Source: Candidatus Sumerlaeaceae bacterium (GTDB lineage: Bacteria > Sumerlaeota > Sumerlaeia > Sumerlaeales > Sumerlaeaceae). Taken from it: 64,000 bases of DNA. Location of the stretch: the NCBI GenBank assembly GCA_049968255.1, contig JBMFRB010000007.1, positions 64,001 to 128,000 of the forward strand. The letters are read 5' to 3'. Shown in pieces: positions 51,649 through 61,526 of this stretch. How positions within the stretch are numbered: position 1 is the stretch's first letter; the number at the start of each line of letters is the position of its first letter. The position numbers were made by a program, and so were the translations under genes. The notes beneath the pieces were generated by a model. The model was not told the origin of the DNA, ran no database searches, and saw only the letters and a list, made by a program, of their open reading frames with translations.

Positions 51649-52433
51649 GAGCAAAATGGATCTCTGAAGAGAGCAGAAGATCTCTTGTGGCTCAGCTTGT
51701 TTTTGTTGGGCTTTTTTTGGCCGCTTGGCAAATTCTTGCGAGCACTCGAGTGCTTCCGGCCTATTTGTTTCCGCCTCCGTCTGCGGTGTTTCAGGCTTTT
51801 GCGGATATGCTTTCCGGGGGCATGCTTTGGCAGAGTGTGGGCCTTAGTGTCTATCGGATGCTTGTGGGCTATGGCATTTCTTTGGTTTTGGGCACCGTGA
51901 TCGGGGTCATGCTTGCGCGGTCGTGGGCGGCTAAGGCGACGCTGGGTTCCTTGGTTCTTGCTCTGCAGTCCCTGCCCAGTATTTGTTGGCTTCCTTTTGC
52001 TTCACTGTTTGTGGGCCTGGACGAACGTGCTATTGTGGTGGTGGTCATTTTAGGGGCGACGTTTTCCATTGCGGTCGCGACGGAAAATGCGATTCGAAAT
52101 GTGCCGCCCATTTACGTAAAAGTGGGGCAAGTTCTGGGAGCGAGAGGTCTTGTGTTTGCGCGCGATATCCTTTTTTTCGCTGCGCTGCCCGAGTGGCTTG
52201 GCGGAATGAAACTGGGCTGGTCGTTTGCGTGGCGCAGCTTGATGGCGGCGGAGCTCATTCGGCAGGATGCGCTTGGAGTCGGACGGCTGCTTGAGATAGG
52301 GCGAGCATTTAACGATGTGCCGATGATGCTGGCGGCGATCTTCGTGATTGTTCTCCTCGGCGTGGGAGTTGATCGCGGTGTCTTTGGGACGATCGAAACG
52401 AAGGTTCGGCGAGTCTATGGCCTTCAGAAATAA
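51645..52433 (+). CDS. ABC permease, SsuC/TauC-like
   Basis: FPPPSAV, LQSLPSICWLP, FAWRSLMAAEL. Confidence 0.92.
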   Translation: MRAKWISEESRRSLVAQLVFVGLFLAAWQILASTRVLPAYLFPPPSAVFQAFADMLSGGMLWQSVGLSVYRMLVGYGISLVLGTVIGVMLARSWAAKATLGSLVLALQSLPSICWLPFASLFVGLDERAIVVVVILGATFSIAVATENAIRNVPPIYVKVGQVLGARGLVFARDILFFAALPEWLGGMKLGWSFAWRSLMAAELIRQDALGVGRLLEIGRAFNDVPMMLAAIFVIVLLGVGVDRGVFGTIETKVRRVYGLQK

Positions 52434-52437
52434 AAAG

Positions 52438-54822
52438 CTAAGGGCAAAACCTAGACGTGGGTTGGTTCGAGAAGAATCTACCGAAGAGCCAGAACATCGC
52501 TGCACTCAGCGAGATCATAGTGACAAAAGCGCCTAAGCGAAGACTCGCCGGCTGATAAACGAAGCGAACAAGGTGCCGGCCCGAAGGGAGGGCCGCGGCA
52601 CGCATCCATCCATTTGCTCGCAGGAGCTCATGCGGCTTGCCCTCAGCCCAAACGTGCCACCCCGGGTAGGTGGCATCGGCGAGGGCGAGAAATGACGGTA
52701 AAGGCACATTGATCTCGACGCCGATATCGTTTCCGATGTCCCAGAGTACTTCAGCACTTCCGAGATTCCCTTTTGACTGAGTGAAGGGGAACTCGGCAAC
52801 TGGCTTGCCTTCTACGTAGATTTCATCACCTGACCATTCGCGATTGAGGGTGAGGGCCAACGATTGAATGGCGTCATGGACGCGAAGAGCCCGCTGCCAA
52901 ACTTGCGCACGCATGGTTTTTGGCGAGAGCTGGGCAAAGACCCACTGGTCTTCGCGGAGAACTATCGTCGCTGTCGGCGGCAAGAGGGCCAATGTATTCG
53001 TCGTAGCCAGAATCCAGCGTGTGCCCGCAGAGCGAAGATAGGTCCATTGGGCCTCTTTGGAAATCCGCGTGGGTGCTCCAGGTACGACGAAAGAGAGCTT
53101 TGTGGCAGCGCGTGCGTAGGAGAGCGGGAGGCGGGGCACGTGAACATTGATTACGGGATGGCCGGAACGCAGAAGCTCCGCCGGGGCACCCGGTGCGTCC
53201 GCAAAGAGCAAAATGCGCGAGGACGGATCTGAAGAAAGTTCTTTGAGGACCCCCTGAGCTTGGCTGAGCGCCGACAGAGTGCCGGAGTGCGTTGTGTGCA
53301 AGAGTAGAACGTGACTGGTTCGAAGATCGACAAGCACGAGGCCAAAGAGCGCTAAGAAGAACACCCGTAGCGGCAAGCCATGCGCCGCAGCACCGTAAAG
53401 AGCGGAGAGGAAAAGAAGAATGAGGCACTGACGCAGGAAGGGTTTTGCCCGCGAAGGTCTCGTGGCCTCCAGCTTTGGTGACTTCTGTAAAACGCTCGCT
53501 GCAACAGCTCCAGTCGATGCGCTGTTCGTGGAGGCCCACTGCTGTTGCAGGGGACTGTCGCTAAGACCCGGTTTCGCCAAGCTCCGTTGTTTAGTCAGAA
53601 GGCCTAATTGGAGTGCCGCAGCAATGATCACAGAGAGCACGGCAATCGCCAGCAGCCATCTGGCTTGGCGCGCAAGGTCTGATTTCGCGGAGCGTCGGAG
53701 ATTTTGCCACAGATCAGTGGCCACTGCGCGACAAAGCAAGAGCCCCACAAACGCGCTCGCGAGGCCCGTACCCAAAATTGCGGCCTGGCGCAGGGGCTCG
53801 CCATCGTGCAACCAGAATGCAGTTGCGCTCGCGAAGCAAATAAGTGCGGAGTGACCAACAATCGAGACCATGGTGCGAAAACGGATTTGTCGCCAGCGCG
53901 TCAGCCCAGCCGCCAGAAACATTGCCCAAACAAACGAGAAGTAGGGAACTAAAGTGACGCGATCGTTGGCAGTGGCCTCTGGCCAGAAAATGCCGAGGAG
54001 TGACAGACTTAATCGTGGGGGGGCAGAAGGAAGAACCTCCATTGAGTGGAAGCGGAACTCTAATCGTGGGAGCGCCGCAATAGCTCCAACGCCAAACAGA
54101 AGGAGGATAATTCCCAAGAACGCGAAAGGTCGCATCGAACGGGCGGCACTCACACGCGGAAAAGAACAAAAGTCGCTTGAGAGACTTGCTAAGCTCCAGG
54201 CTGCAAGCAGCGCAGTAACAAGGCCGCACCAACCGGCGACCAGAACAGTCCAAGACGCAAATATGACAAAGACACTTGTGCAGTGGATTTGGTGTTTTGC
54301 CTCGGAAGGCCTGAGATAGAGTGCCAACCAAGGCAGCGAGGCGGCAATCGTGGCAAGCGACACAAAACCGTTAGTGGAAAATGCGAGGAACAAAGGGCTC
54401 GCCGCGTAAATCAGAGCTCCGAGCAAAGCGAATGCCGACGGGAGCTGTTGCCCTTTGAGCCAACGCTGAACCCCCGCGCCCGCGATAATGAAATGGAGGG
54501 CAACAAGAAGCCACAGGCTCGCGCGAGGGGAAAGTCGGAAGACACTCGCGGCCAGAACAAAGGGATCTGCGAAAAGCGCGCCGCCCGGCGAAGCTGCCCA
54601 ATAGGGCAATCCTGTGGCCGGCAACGAAAACCACAAAGGGAGAGTCGCACCCCCACGCTCGGAAGCCCACCTCAAAATTGGAGAATGCCAGAGAGTCGTA
54701 AAGGAAAGAGGCCCGCCAGGCCACTCGTCTCCGGAGATCGCTGCCCCAAAAAAGAAGATGGCGAAGAGCGCGAAGAGGGCAAGAGGCGCTAAGCTGGTGG
54801 CGATGCGGTGTTTGCCCAACAT
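52438..54822 (-). CDS. YfhO-like polytopic membrane protein (GT-C-like)
   Basis: LPLW..L..TGLP N-terminal motif, many TM segments, C-terminal YPGW...RANG..RA..LPSGRH.V.F.Y.P. Confidence 0.8.
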   Translation of the reverse strand: MLGKHRIATSLAPLALFALFAIFFFGAAISGDEWPGGPLSFTTLWHSPILRWASERGGATLPLWFSLPATGLPYWAASPGGALFADPFVLAASVFRLSPRASLWLLVALHFIIAGAGVQRWLKGQQLPSAFALLGALIYAASPLFLAFSTNGFVSLATIAASLPWLALYLRPSEAKHQIHCTSVFVIFASWTVLVAGWCGLVTALLAAWSLASLSSDFCSFPRVSAARSMRPFAFLGIILLLFGVGAIAALPRLEFRFHSMEVLPSAPPRLSLSLLGIFWPEATANDRVTLVPYFSFVWAMFLAAGLTRWRQIRFRTMVSIVGHSALICFASATAFWLHDGEPLRQAAILGTGLASAFVGLLLCRAVATDLWQNLRRSAKSDLARQARWLLAIAVLSVIIAAALQLGLLTKQRSLAKPGLSDSPLQQQWASTNSASTGAVAASVLQKSPKLEATRPSRAKPFLRQCLILLFLSALYGAAAHGLPLRVFFLALFGLVLVDLRTSHVLLLHTTHSGTLSALSQAQGVLKELSSDPSSRILLFADAPGAPAELLRSGHPVINVHVPRLPLSYARAATKLSFVVPGAPTRISKEAQWTYLRSAGTRWILATTNTLALLPPTATIVLREDQWVFAQLSPKTMRAQVWQRALRVHDAIQSLALTLNREWSGDEIYVEGKPVAEFPFTQSKGNLGSAEVLWDIGNDIGVEINVPLPSFLALADATYPGWHVWAEGKPHELLRANGWMRAAALPSGRHLVRFVYQPASLRLGAFVTMISLSAAMFWLFGRFFSNQPTSRFCP

Positions 54823-54823
54823 T

Positions 54824-55453
54824 TCAGATTTCGTCTTCCTTCAAGCGCACAAGGTTCGCTTTGAGATCAACGACATCCATGAACTCGCCGAGCATTTCGA
54901 GGAGTCGGTGGATCGGCAAACCGACAACATTCCAATAGTCGCCTTCGATGGATGTGACGAACTTTTTGGCTCCGCCCTGGATGGCGTAGGCACCGGCCTT
55001 GTCCATTGGCTCACCAGAACGAACGTATTGCTCAATTTCGTCATCAGTAAGAGGTCGAAACGCCACAGTCGTTTCGACCGCGTCGAGGAGGACGGAGCTG
55101 GGAGTGGCTTTCACAGCGAGTCCGCTAATCACACTATGACAGCGGCCGCTGAGGGCCCTCAACATTGCCCGAGCATCTTCTGTGTCGCGAGGTTTGCCGA
55201 ATACCTGGCCGTTGAGCGCAACCACTGTGTCGCAGGCAATGAGAATGTGGTGCGGCCATTCGTGTGCGCGGGCCTGAATTTTTGAGTATGCTGCTTTCAA
55301 CGCGAGTTCCCGTGGCGTCGCGTAAGGGATGGCCTCCTCCTCAATGTTAGCCGGTGCAATCTCAATGCGAGCCCCGAGTTTTTCGAGAATGGCGCGACGG
55401 CGCGGGGATGCTGATACCAACACGAGAGGCCTATCATCAGTGTTGTAGTTCAC
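54824..55453 (-). CDS. maf: Maf family nucleoside triphosphate pyrophosphatase
   Basis: SASPRR, DTVV, GKP, DKAGAYAIQ, NVVGLP. Confidence 0.93.
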   Translation of the reverse strand: MNYNTDDRPLVLVSASPRRRAILEKLGARIEIAPANIEEEAIPYATPRELALKAAYSKIQARAHEWPHHILIACDTVVALNGQVFGKPRDTEDARAMLRALSGRCHSVISGLAVKATPSSVLLDAVETTVAFRPLTDDEIEQYVRSGEPMDKAGAYAIQGGAKKFVTSIEGDYWNVVGLPIHRLLEMLGEFMDVVDLKANLVRLKEDEI

Positions 55454-56298
55454 GGTTCCCTGCCATTAGGAAAGAGAATGCGCTCTAGACTTCCTAATAC
55501 AACGCCGGCGATCAGGATGACGATAACAACCAATGGGAAGACAAAAAGAAGTGCAGCGACAGTTTTTTGGCGCGCCAAAACGGTGAGAACTGCAAAGAGA
55601 AAACCAGCGATCGAGGTCCCCGGACCACGGAGAGAGAGTCGGGCCGGGTAGGCTGTAAAACGGAGGGAGGCAAGGCTAGCACCGGCGAGTATGGTTGTGA
55701 ACGCGTGCAAGAAATGCTCCAACGTGCCGAGTGTGGTAACGAAGACAGCGACAGAGGCCACAAAGAGCAGAACTGACGCAGCGCCTTCCAAACCGTCGAG
55801 CAACTTCACGACGTTCATCGCAAACAGCATCCAAAGAATCGTGGCCGGCCATGCCCACGCACCAAGTGCGACTTCGGTTGTCGGGATCGGACTGAGAACG
55901 GTAAACCGCACGCCTGCGAGCGAGACGATCACACAGGCGAGGATCTCGCTCGCCGCCTGCACCGTCCAACGGGCCAACCATCCATGCGAAAGGAACGAGA
56001 TCCGGCCTAAGAAATAATTTGTAAATAAGATCATGGCACAAACAGCAACAGCACACAGAAGTTTGAAGGCATCTGAAACCGCGTAGAAGCGATCCTGAGG
56101 AGCCAAGATCCACGGCAGGAAAAGAGTCATCACAACGCCTCCCGCAAGCAAGCCGCCGAGAAGCGGCGCGGCGGCCAGTGGGGAATTTGTTGTGCCGGCG
56201 GACGGACGTGTGTTTCTGCGCCATGCCGTGTAGCCAGCAATCATGCCCCCGATGAAACTCGACAGTCCCAGAAGAGATGTGAGCGCGAGGCCAGTCAT
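55450..56298 (-). CDS. Degenerate MraY/WecA-family (PNPT) membrane protein
   Basis: PLLGGL, NVVKLLDGLEG, YPARL motifs; about 9 TM segments; several catalytic motifs altered. Confidence 0.75.
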   Translation of the reverse strand: MTGLALTSLLGLSSFIGGMIAGYTAWRRNTRPSAGTTNSPLAAAPLLGGLLAGGVVMTLFLPWILAPQDRFYAVSDAFKLLCAVAVCAMILFTNYFLGRISFLSHGWLARWTVQAASEILACVIVSLAGVRFTVLSPIPTTEVALGAWAWPATILWMLFAMNVVKLLDGLEGAASVLLFVASVAVFVTTLGTLEHFLHAFTTILAGASLASLRFTAYPARLSLRGPGTSIAGFLFAVLTVLARQKTVAALLFVFPLVVIVILIAGVVLGSLERILFPNGREP

Positions 56299-56301
56299 GA
56301 C

Positions 56302-57231
56302 TTAGCTTCTCCTCCGACCAAAATGCTCAGCAATCCAGGTGCGTGCAAACATTAGGCTACAACGTAGCGCGATGCCACAGAATGTCGCAACATCCACGAG
56401 CACAATCCCTCGGCTATAATGCTTGCGGTAGAAGCGCCACATACTGCGATGGCGCTGGTAGGTCATGGCATACGGGACGAGGCGTGTGGATTTGCCGATG
56501 TGGTGCAGGATTCTTGCGTCGGGGAGATAGACGACGCGCCATCCAGCCATTTTGATCCGATAACACCAGTCCACGTCTTCGGCGTACATGAAGAATTCTT
56601 CATCGAATCCGCCGACTGACTCGAACACTTCGCGCCGAATAACAAGTGCGGCACCGCTTACCCAATCCACGTCCATCGTCTTGTCGTGGCCGATATCGGT
56701 CATCAGATACTGGCTGGAGAAGCGGTTGCGAGGAAAGAGCTTAGTCATGAGCGAGTAGCGATGGAAAAGAGCTGTGCGGAAGCTCGGGAATCGGCGGCAG
56801 GAGTACTGAAGGGTTCCATCAGGATTGAGCAGTTTCGGACCGAGGGCACCCACATCCGGATGCGTGTCCATGAAATCGCTTATTTGCTGAAGCGCATCCC
56901 CAATGATTTCGGTATCGCTGTTGAGGACTAGAAAATAACGCCCGCGTGCTTGACGCATGCCGATATTGTTCGCGACGGCAAAGCCGCGGTTTTCCGGAAG
57001 GGCGATCAAGCGCACGCGTGGGAATTCGCTGGTGACCATTTCGGAACTTCCGTCCGTGGAGCCATTGTCAACAACAATGATTTCCACATCGTCGGCTGGT
57101 TGTGGCTGGTGCAGCGAACGCAAGCAAACACGCAGAACATCTTTTGTGTTGCGATTGACAATCACGACGGAGAGACGTGGCAGCTTGGCCTCCGGAGCAG
57201 CCACTCCCCTATGTTCGGTACGCTCCAGCAT
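56302..57231 (-). CDS. Glycosyltransferase family 2 (WbbL-like)
   Basis: VVDNGSTDGS, NRGFAVANN, LNSD, WVSGA, FFMYAEDVDWC. Confidence 0.93.
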   Translation of the reverse strand: MLERTEHRGVAAPEAKLPRLSVVIVNRNTKDVLRVCLRSLHQPQPADDVEIIVVDNGSTDGSSEMVTSEFPRVRLIALPENRGFAVANNIGMRQARGRYFLVLNSDTEIIGDALQQISDFMDTHPDVGALGPKLLNPDGTLQYSCRRFPSFRTALFHRYSLMTKLFPRNRFSSQYLMTDIGHDKTMDVDWVSGAALVIRREVFESVGGFDEEFFMYAEDVDWCYRIKMAGWRVVYLPDARILHHIGKSTRLVPYAMTYQRHRSMWRFYRKHYSRGIVLVDVATFCGIALRCSLMFARTWIAEHFGRRRS

Positions 57232-57248
57232 GAACGTTTCTCGGCCGG

Positions 57249-58490
57249 CTAATCTCCCAAGTTTCCTGCTGTTTCGGCCAGGGTCTTTTCGTAAGCCTCG
57301 GCCACTTTCGGAAAGGAAAAATGCTCAATGGCATAACGCCGCCCGCGCTCGCCCATTGCGTGACCTTCGTCGGGATGGGTTTTCAAATACGAGATATGGC
57401 GCGCCAGCTCGTGCGGATCTCGTGTGCGGCTGACGAGGCCACATCCTGCCTCGCTTAGTATCTCGTCAATCACACCGGCGACACCGGCGACGATGGGGCG
57501 GGCGCTGGACATGTACTCATAGATTTTTGATGGCACTGTGATGAGCGTAATGTCGTTTTTCATGTAGGTGACGATGAGTGCGTCGGAAGCAGCGAGAAGG
57601 GCGGGGACTTTTGAGCGGGGCTGATACGGAATGATGCGAACGTTGGTGAGGCCCCACTGTGCGATTTTTTCTTCCATCATAGGCTGAGCCACGCCTTTGC
57701 CGACGAAAAGGAAGAGAACCTCGGGATCGGTGTGGCGGACAATCCGTGCCGTTTCGAGAATCGTTTCAAGACCCATGAGCAGGCCGAAATTCCCAAGAAA
57801 AGAAACTACATAGCGGGCATCAAGACCGTATTCGCGACGTACAGTTTCGCGATCCACCTTTGATGAATCGTATATATCAGGGTCAACCCAATCCGGAAGG
57901 AGCCGAATCTTTTCGCGAGGCACACCTTTCGCTGCGATATTGTCAATGAATCCGCGCGTGACGACGCCGATGCGCCGTGATCGATCATAGACGCGCTTTT
58001 CTGCCCATTTGGAAAGGGCAATGAGAAGGGGATGGCGCAACATCCCGACAGCGATGGCGCAGTCGGGCCAAATGTCGCAGACATCGAACATGAGGGGCCA
58101 GCCTCGCAACAAACTGAGGCCTAGTCCGGCAATGCCGTTGGGCAACGGGCTGATTGCAACAAGAACGTCAAATGGTCCGCGGAGAAACAGTGCCTTGAGG
58201 AAGCCGAGGGTCATGAATGACGAGTAGGCAAGCATCCGGCGCATGAAGGTGTCGGGCTTATTTGAGCCGTAGGTCCACACTCGATAGAGCTTGGCTCCGC
58301 GAAAATTTTCGAACCGTGGTTGCTGGCGCGTCACTTCCCCGCTGCGCATCGTGGATGGATGGCTGGGAATGCCGGCGATCACCGTGACGTCGTGGCCGTG
58401 TTGCACAAGGTATTCGACTATTTCCACGGCTCGTGTGGAGGTCCCCACTGTCTCGGGATAGAAATGCTGATGCAAAACCAGGATTTTCAT
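57249..58490 (-). CDS. Glycosyltransferase family 4 (WbuB-like)
   Basis: MKILVLHQHFYPE, DIWPD, PSKIYEYMSSARPI; possible upstream start at 58577. Confidence 0.92.
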   Translation of the reverse strand: MKILVLHQHFYPETVGTSTRAVEIVEYLVQHGHDVTVIAGIPSHPSTMRSGEVTRQQPRFENFRGAKLYRVWTYGSNKPDTFMRRMLAYSSFMTLGFLKALFLRGPFDVLVAISPLPNGIAGLGLSLLRGWPLMFDVCDIWPDCAIAVGMLRHPLLIALSKWAEKRVYDRSRRIGVVTRGFIDNIAAKGVPREKIRLLPDWVDPDIYDSSKVDRETVRREYGLDARYVVSFLGNFGLLMGLETILETARIVRHTDPEVLFLFVGKGVAQPMMEEKIAQWGLTNVRIIPYQPRSKVPALLAASDALIVTYMKNDITLITVPSKIYEYMSSARPIVAGVAGVIDEILSEAGCGLVSRTRDPHELARHISYLKTHPDEGHAMGERGRRYAIEHFSFPKVAEAYEKTLAETAGNLGD

Positions 58491-58573
58491 TTTGTCTCTT
58501 CCCACATTCGCGGACTCGTAAGAAGAACGCAATGCTATGTCAATCTTGGGCATGTGGCTAGAAACTTGTGTGC

Positions 58574-59170
58574 TCAACCGGTTTTGACGCGAGCGCTGGT
58601 ACTGAGCGAAGCGCGCGAGATGCTACGGCGCAAGGATTCATCGAGATGAAGCGCGGTGAGGTCGCTAAGCGCAAACCACCGGACTTCACGATGTTCTTCC
58701 CTACGTCCTAGCGGAACCTGATTGGCTGATGCGATAAAAAGATAACGGACATCGTAGTGATAATGAGCTGGGACGTCTCCATGGGGGGGGATGAGATGGA
58801 TATCGAGATCGAGTGGTACAGGGGGCTGCGGGTGAGGTACCAGCTCCGTAAGTCCGCTTTCTTCGTGTGTTTCGCGAAGCGCCACCTCGAACGGGTCTTT
58901 TTCCCCTTCGTCGCCATGTCCGCCAAATTGGAGCCACGCTCCTAATTTGCGGTGGAAGCCTAGGCACACGAATCGCCTGCAGGGCGAGACCACCAGGCCG
59001 CTCGCGGTGAAATGGGCGGGATAGGCATGGCGATCAAAAGGATCGGCAAGTTGTTCCGCGAGCGCGAGCATCGCATCTCGAATTTGTTCGTCGCGAGCAT
59101 CGTGTGGTTGAAAGCACGCCAGTGCTCGTCGGAGTGCATGGTGATTTGCGTCCTCACGCGGTGAGCACAT
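58574..59170 (-). CDS. NUDIX hydrolase
   Basis: HFTAS, HRKLGAWLQFGGH, ALRETHEESGL Nudix box, HYDVRY. Confidence 0.9.
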   Translation of the reverse strand: MCSPREDANHHALRRALACFQPHDARDEQIRDAMLALAEQLADPFDRHAYPAHFTASGLVVSPCRRFVCLGFHRKLGAWLQFGGHGDEGEKDPFEVALRETHEESGLTELVPHPQPPVPLDLDIHLIPPHGDVPAHYHYDVRYLFIASANQVPLGRREEHREVRWFALSDLTALHLDESLRRSISRASLSTSARVKTG

Positions 59171-59912
59171 CGGGGCCGTCATCGGTGACTGCAACAGTGT
59201 GTTCAAAATGTGCGGAGAGCGACCCGTCGGCTGTGACGACAGTCCAGTCGTCATCGAGCACGCGCGTTTTCCAAGTGCCTGCGTTGACCATCGGTTCGAT
59301 GGCGAAGACCATGCCAGGGCGTAACCGCAAGCCGGTGTTTGGCGTGCCAAAGTTGAGTACTTGGGGGGGTTCGTGCATGGCGCGTCCAATACCGTGACCG
59401 GTGTACTCGCGCACGATGCTGAACCCCGCTTCCTCGACGACTTTCTGAATTGCGGCCGACAGTGTGCCCAGGCGATTATCAGGGCGCATCTCGCGGATTC
59501 CGGCTCCGAGTGCCGCTTTCGTCACCTCGATGAGACGGCGTGCGAGATCACTCACTTGGCCAACGGGATAGGTGTAAGCAGAGTCCGCATAGAATCCGCC
59601 CAGGATGAGGCCGCAGTCTACGGCGACGATGTCGCCTTCGCGTAGGACTCGTGCACGGGGAATGCCGTGGACAATCTCTTCATTGACCGATGTGCAAAGA
59701 GTCGCGGGATAGCCTTCATAACCGAGAAACGCAGGAATGGCTCCTGCGTCCTCGATAAGCTTGCGCGCAAGAGTGTCGAGCTCGGCTGTGGTAATGCCGG
59801 GTTGTATGTGCCTTTCCAGCTCAACAAACACAGCACGCAAAAGTTTACCGGCTTTGCGCATCTTTTCGATTTCAGCAGGCGATTTTATTTCTATCCGAGA
59901 TTTGGCATGCAT
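59154..59912 (-). CDS. map: Methionine aminopeptidase type I
   Basis: CTSVNEEIVHGIP, GHGIG..MHEPP, AIEPMVN, SAHFEHT. Confidence 0.97.
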   Translation of the reverse strand: MHAKSRIEIKSPAEIEKMRKAGKLLRAVFVELERHIQPGITTAELDTLARKLIEDAGAIPAFLGYEGYPATLCTSVNEEIVHGIPRARVLREGDIVAVDCGLILGGFYADSAYTYPVGQVSDLARRLIEVTKAALGAGIREMRPDNRLGTLSAAIQKVVEEAGFSIVREYTGHGIGRAMHEPPQVLNFGTPNTGLRLRPGMVFAIEPMVNAGTWKTRVLDDDWTVVTADGSLSAHFEHTVAVTDDGPDVLTA

Positions 59913-60048
59913 GAAGATCTCACCCGGAACCGCACATTCTCATCAGGCCGATTTTGCGGCCGTCGTCCAATAAAGACAAAACGGCTCGCTGAAGTGTTGG
60001 GGTTCAACGAGCCGCTTTTGAGCAATCACGTCAAAATCCAAGCACATC

Positions 60049-61464
60049 TTAGCGCCAGCGCGCGACGGATGCGGTGCGGCGGAGCGCAAAGCCCTCGTAA
60101 TGGCGCATAAGAAGTTGCGATTCGATTTGCTTGAGAGTGTCGAGAGTCACACCGACTACAATGATGAGGCCAGTGCCGCCAATGAAATTCGCTGCAGGGA
60201 CAGGCATTCGGTAAGACGTTTCGAGAATGAGCGGCACAACCGCGATAGCAACTAGGAAAAGAGCGCCGCCGGTGGTGATGCGGGTGAGGACGTAATCGAT
60301 GTATTCCGCTGTAGGCTTGCCCGGGCGTTTTCCGGGGATGAATGCACCAGACTTTTTCAGATTGTTCGCGATGTCGTCCGGATTGAAAACGACAGCGGTA
60401 TAGAAGTAGCAGAAGAAGCCCGTAAGCAGAGCATAGAGCACAATGTAGAGGTTGATGCTTCGCAGAAGAAGGAAGATTCCGCCCTGTTCGAGGCCAAACC
60501 AACGTTGAAAGAGAGTATAGAGGTTGAAATTTGAGCCAGGGGAAAAGAGGTCGCCCAAGACGCCACCTCGGGCCCCAGAACCGAGATAGGAGGCAACAGT
60601 GGCGGGGAAAGTCAGGATTGCCGACGCAAAGATGACCGGAATCACGCCAGCCGTGTTGATCTTTAGCGGCAAATAGTTTGTTCCCCCCGCGAGGACCCGG
60701 CGTCCGACAACCTTTTTTGCATGCTGGATGGGGATACGGCGCGTGCCTTCCTGGACAAGCATGATAGCCATTGTCGCAATGACGAAAAGGATTGCGGTCA
60801 CGGGCGCCCAAATGGCTGGCACTCCCCCGTTGCTAATCTGGGCCCACAAGGATGCTATGTCGGTAGGATAGTGGGCAATAATGCCTGCAGCAATGATTAT
60901 GGAGATTCCGTTGCCGATGCCTTTCTCGCTGATGCGCTCGCCAAGCCACATAATGAAGCACGTGCCCGTGGTCATGGCGATGATCGTGACGACAAGGAAA
61001 AGTCCGGTATAGCCGCCATGCATGTAGGTGAGTCGCTCTTTGAGAAGCATGATCCCAAGGCCAAGCGACTGAAAGGCTGCAAGGAAGACGGTGCCAATGC
61101 GGGTCCACCGGTTGATTTTTCGTTGGCCGAGGACGCCCTCTTGCTGGATCTTTTGAATCTGGGGGAAAACCACCGCCATGAGCTGAATGATGATTGAGAC
61201 GCTAATGTAGGGCATAATGCCCAGAGCAAAGACACTCATGTTGCGGAAGGCATAGCCGCCGAAGAGGTCCACGACTTGGAAAATTCCTCCGCCGCCTTGC
61301 GCCATTCTGCTGATGAATTCCTGCAGGGCGTGGCGGTCAATAAACGGAGTCGGGATATGAGCTCCGATCCGGTAGACTACGAGGATCATCAGTGTGTAGA
61401 GGACCTTCTTTTTGAGGTCCGGAATTTTCCAAATGTTGCCGAGGGCGCCTATACTTCCAATCAC
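60049..61464 (-). CDS. secY: Preprotein translocase subunit SecY
   Basis: FALGIMPYI, WLGERISEKGIGNG, GVIPVIFAS, FIPGKRPG, GGTGLII. Confidence 0.98.
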   Translation of the reverse strand: MIGSIGALGNIWKIPDLKKKVLYTLMILVVYRIGAHIPTPFIDRHALQEFISRMAQGGGGIFQVVDLFGGYAFRNMSVFALGIMPYISVSIIIQLMAVVFPQIQKIQQEGVLGQRKINRWTRIGTVFLAAFQSLGLGIMLLKERLTYMHGGYTGLFLVVTIIAMTTGTCFIMWLGERISEKGIGNGISIIIAAGIIAHYPTDIASLWAQISNGGVPAIWAPVTAILFVIATMAIMLVQEGTRRIPIQHAKKVVGRRVLAGGTNYLPLKINTAGVIPVIFASAILTFPATVASYLGSGARGGVLGDLFSPGSNFNLYTLFQRWFGLEQGGIFLLLRSINLYIVLYALLTGFFCYFYTAVVFNPDDIANNLKKSGAFIPGKRPGKPTAEYIDYVLTRITTGGALFLVAIAVVPLILETSYRMPVPAANFIGGTGLIIVVGVTLDTLKQIESQLLMRHYEGFALRRTASVARWR

Positions 61465-61526
61465 TTGTCCGGCCTTCTGTTGTCAAAAGAGTCGTTTAGC
61501 GTATTCGCTCGGTACCAGCGGGAGAT

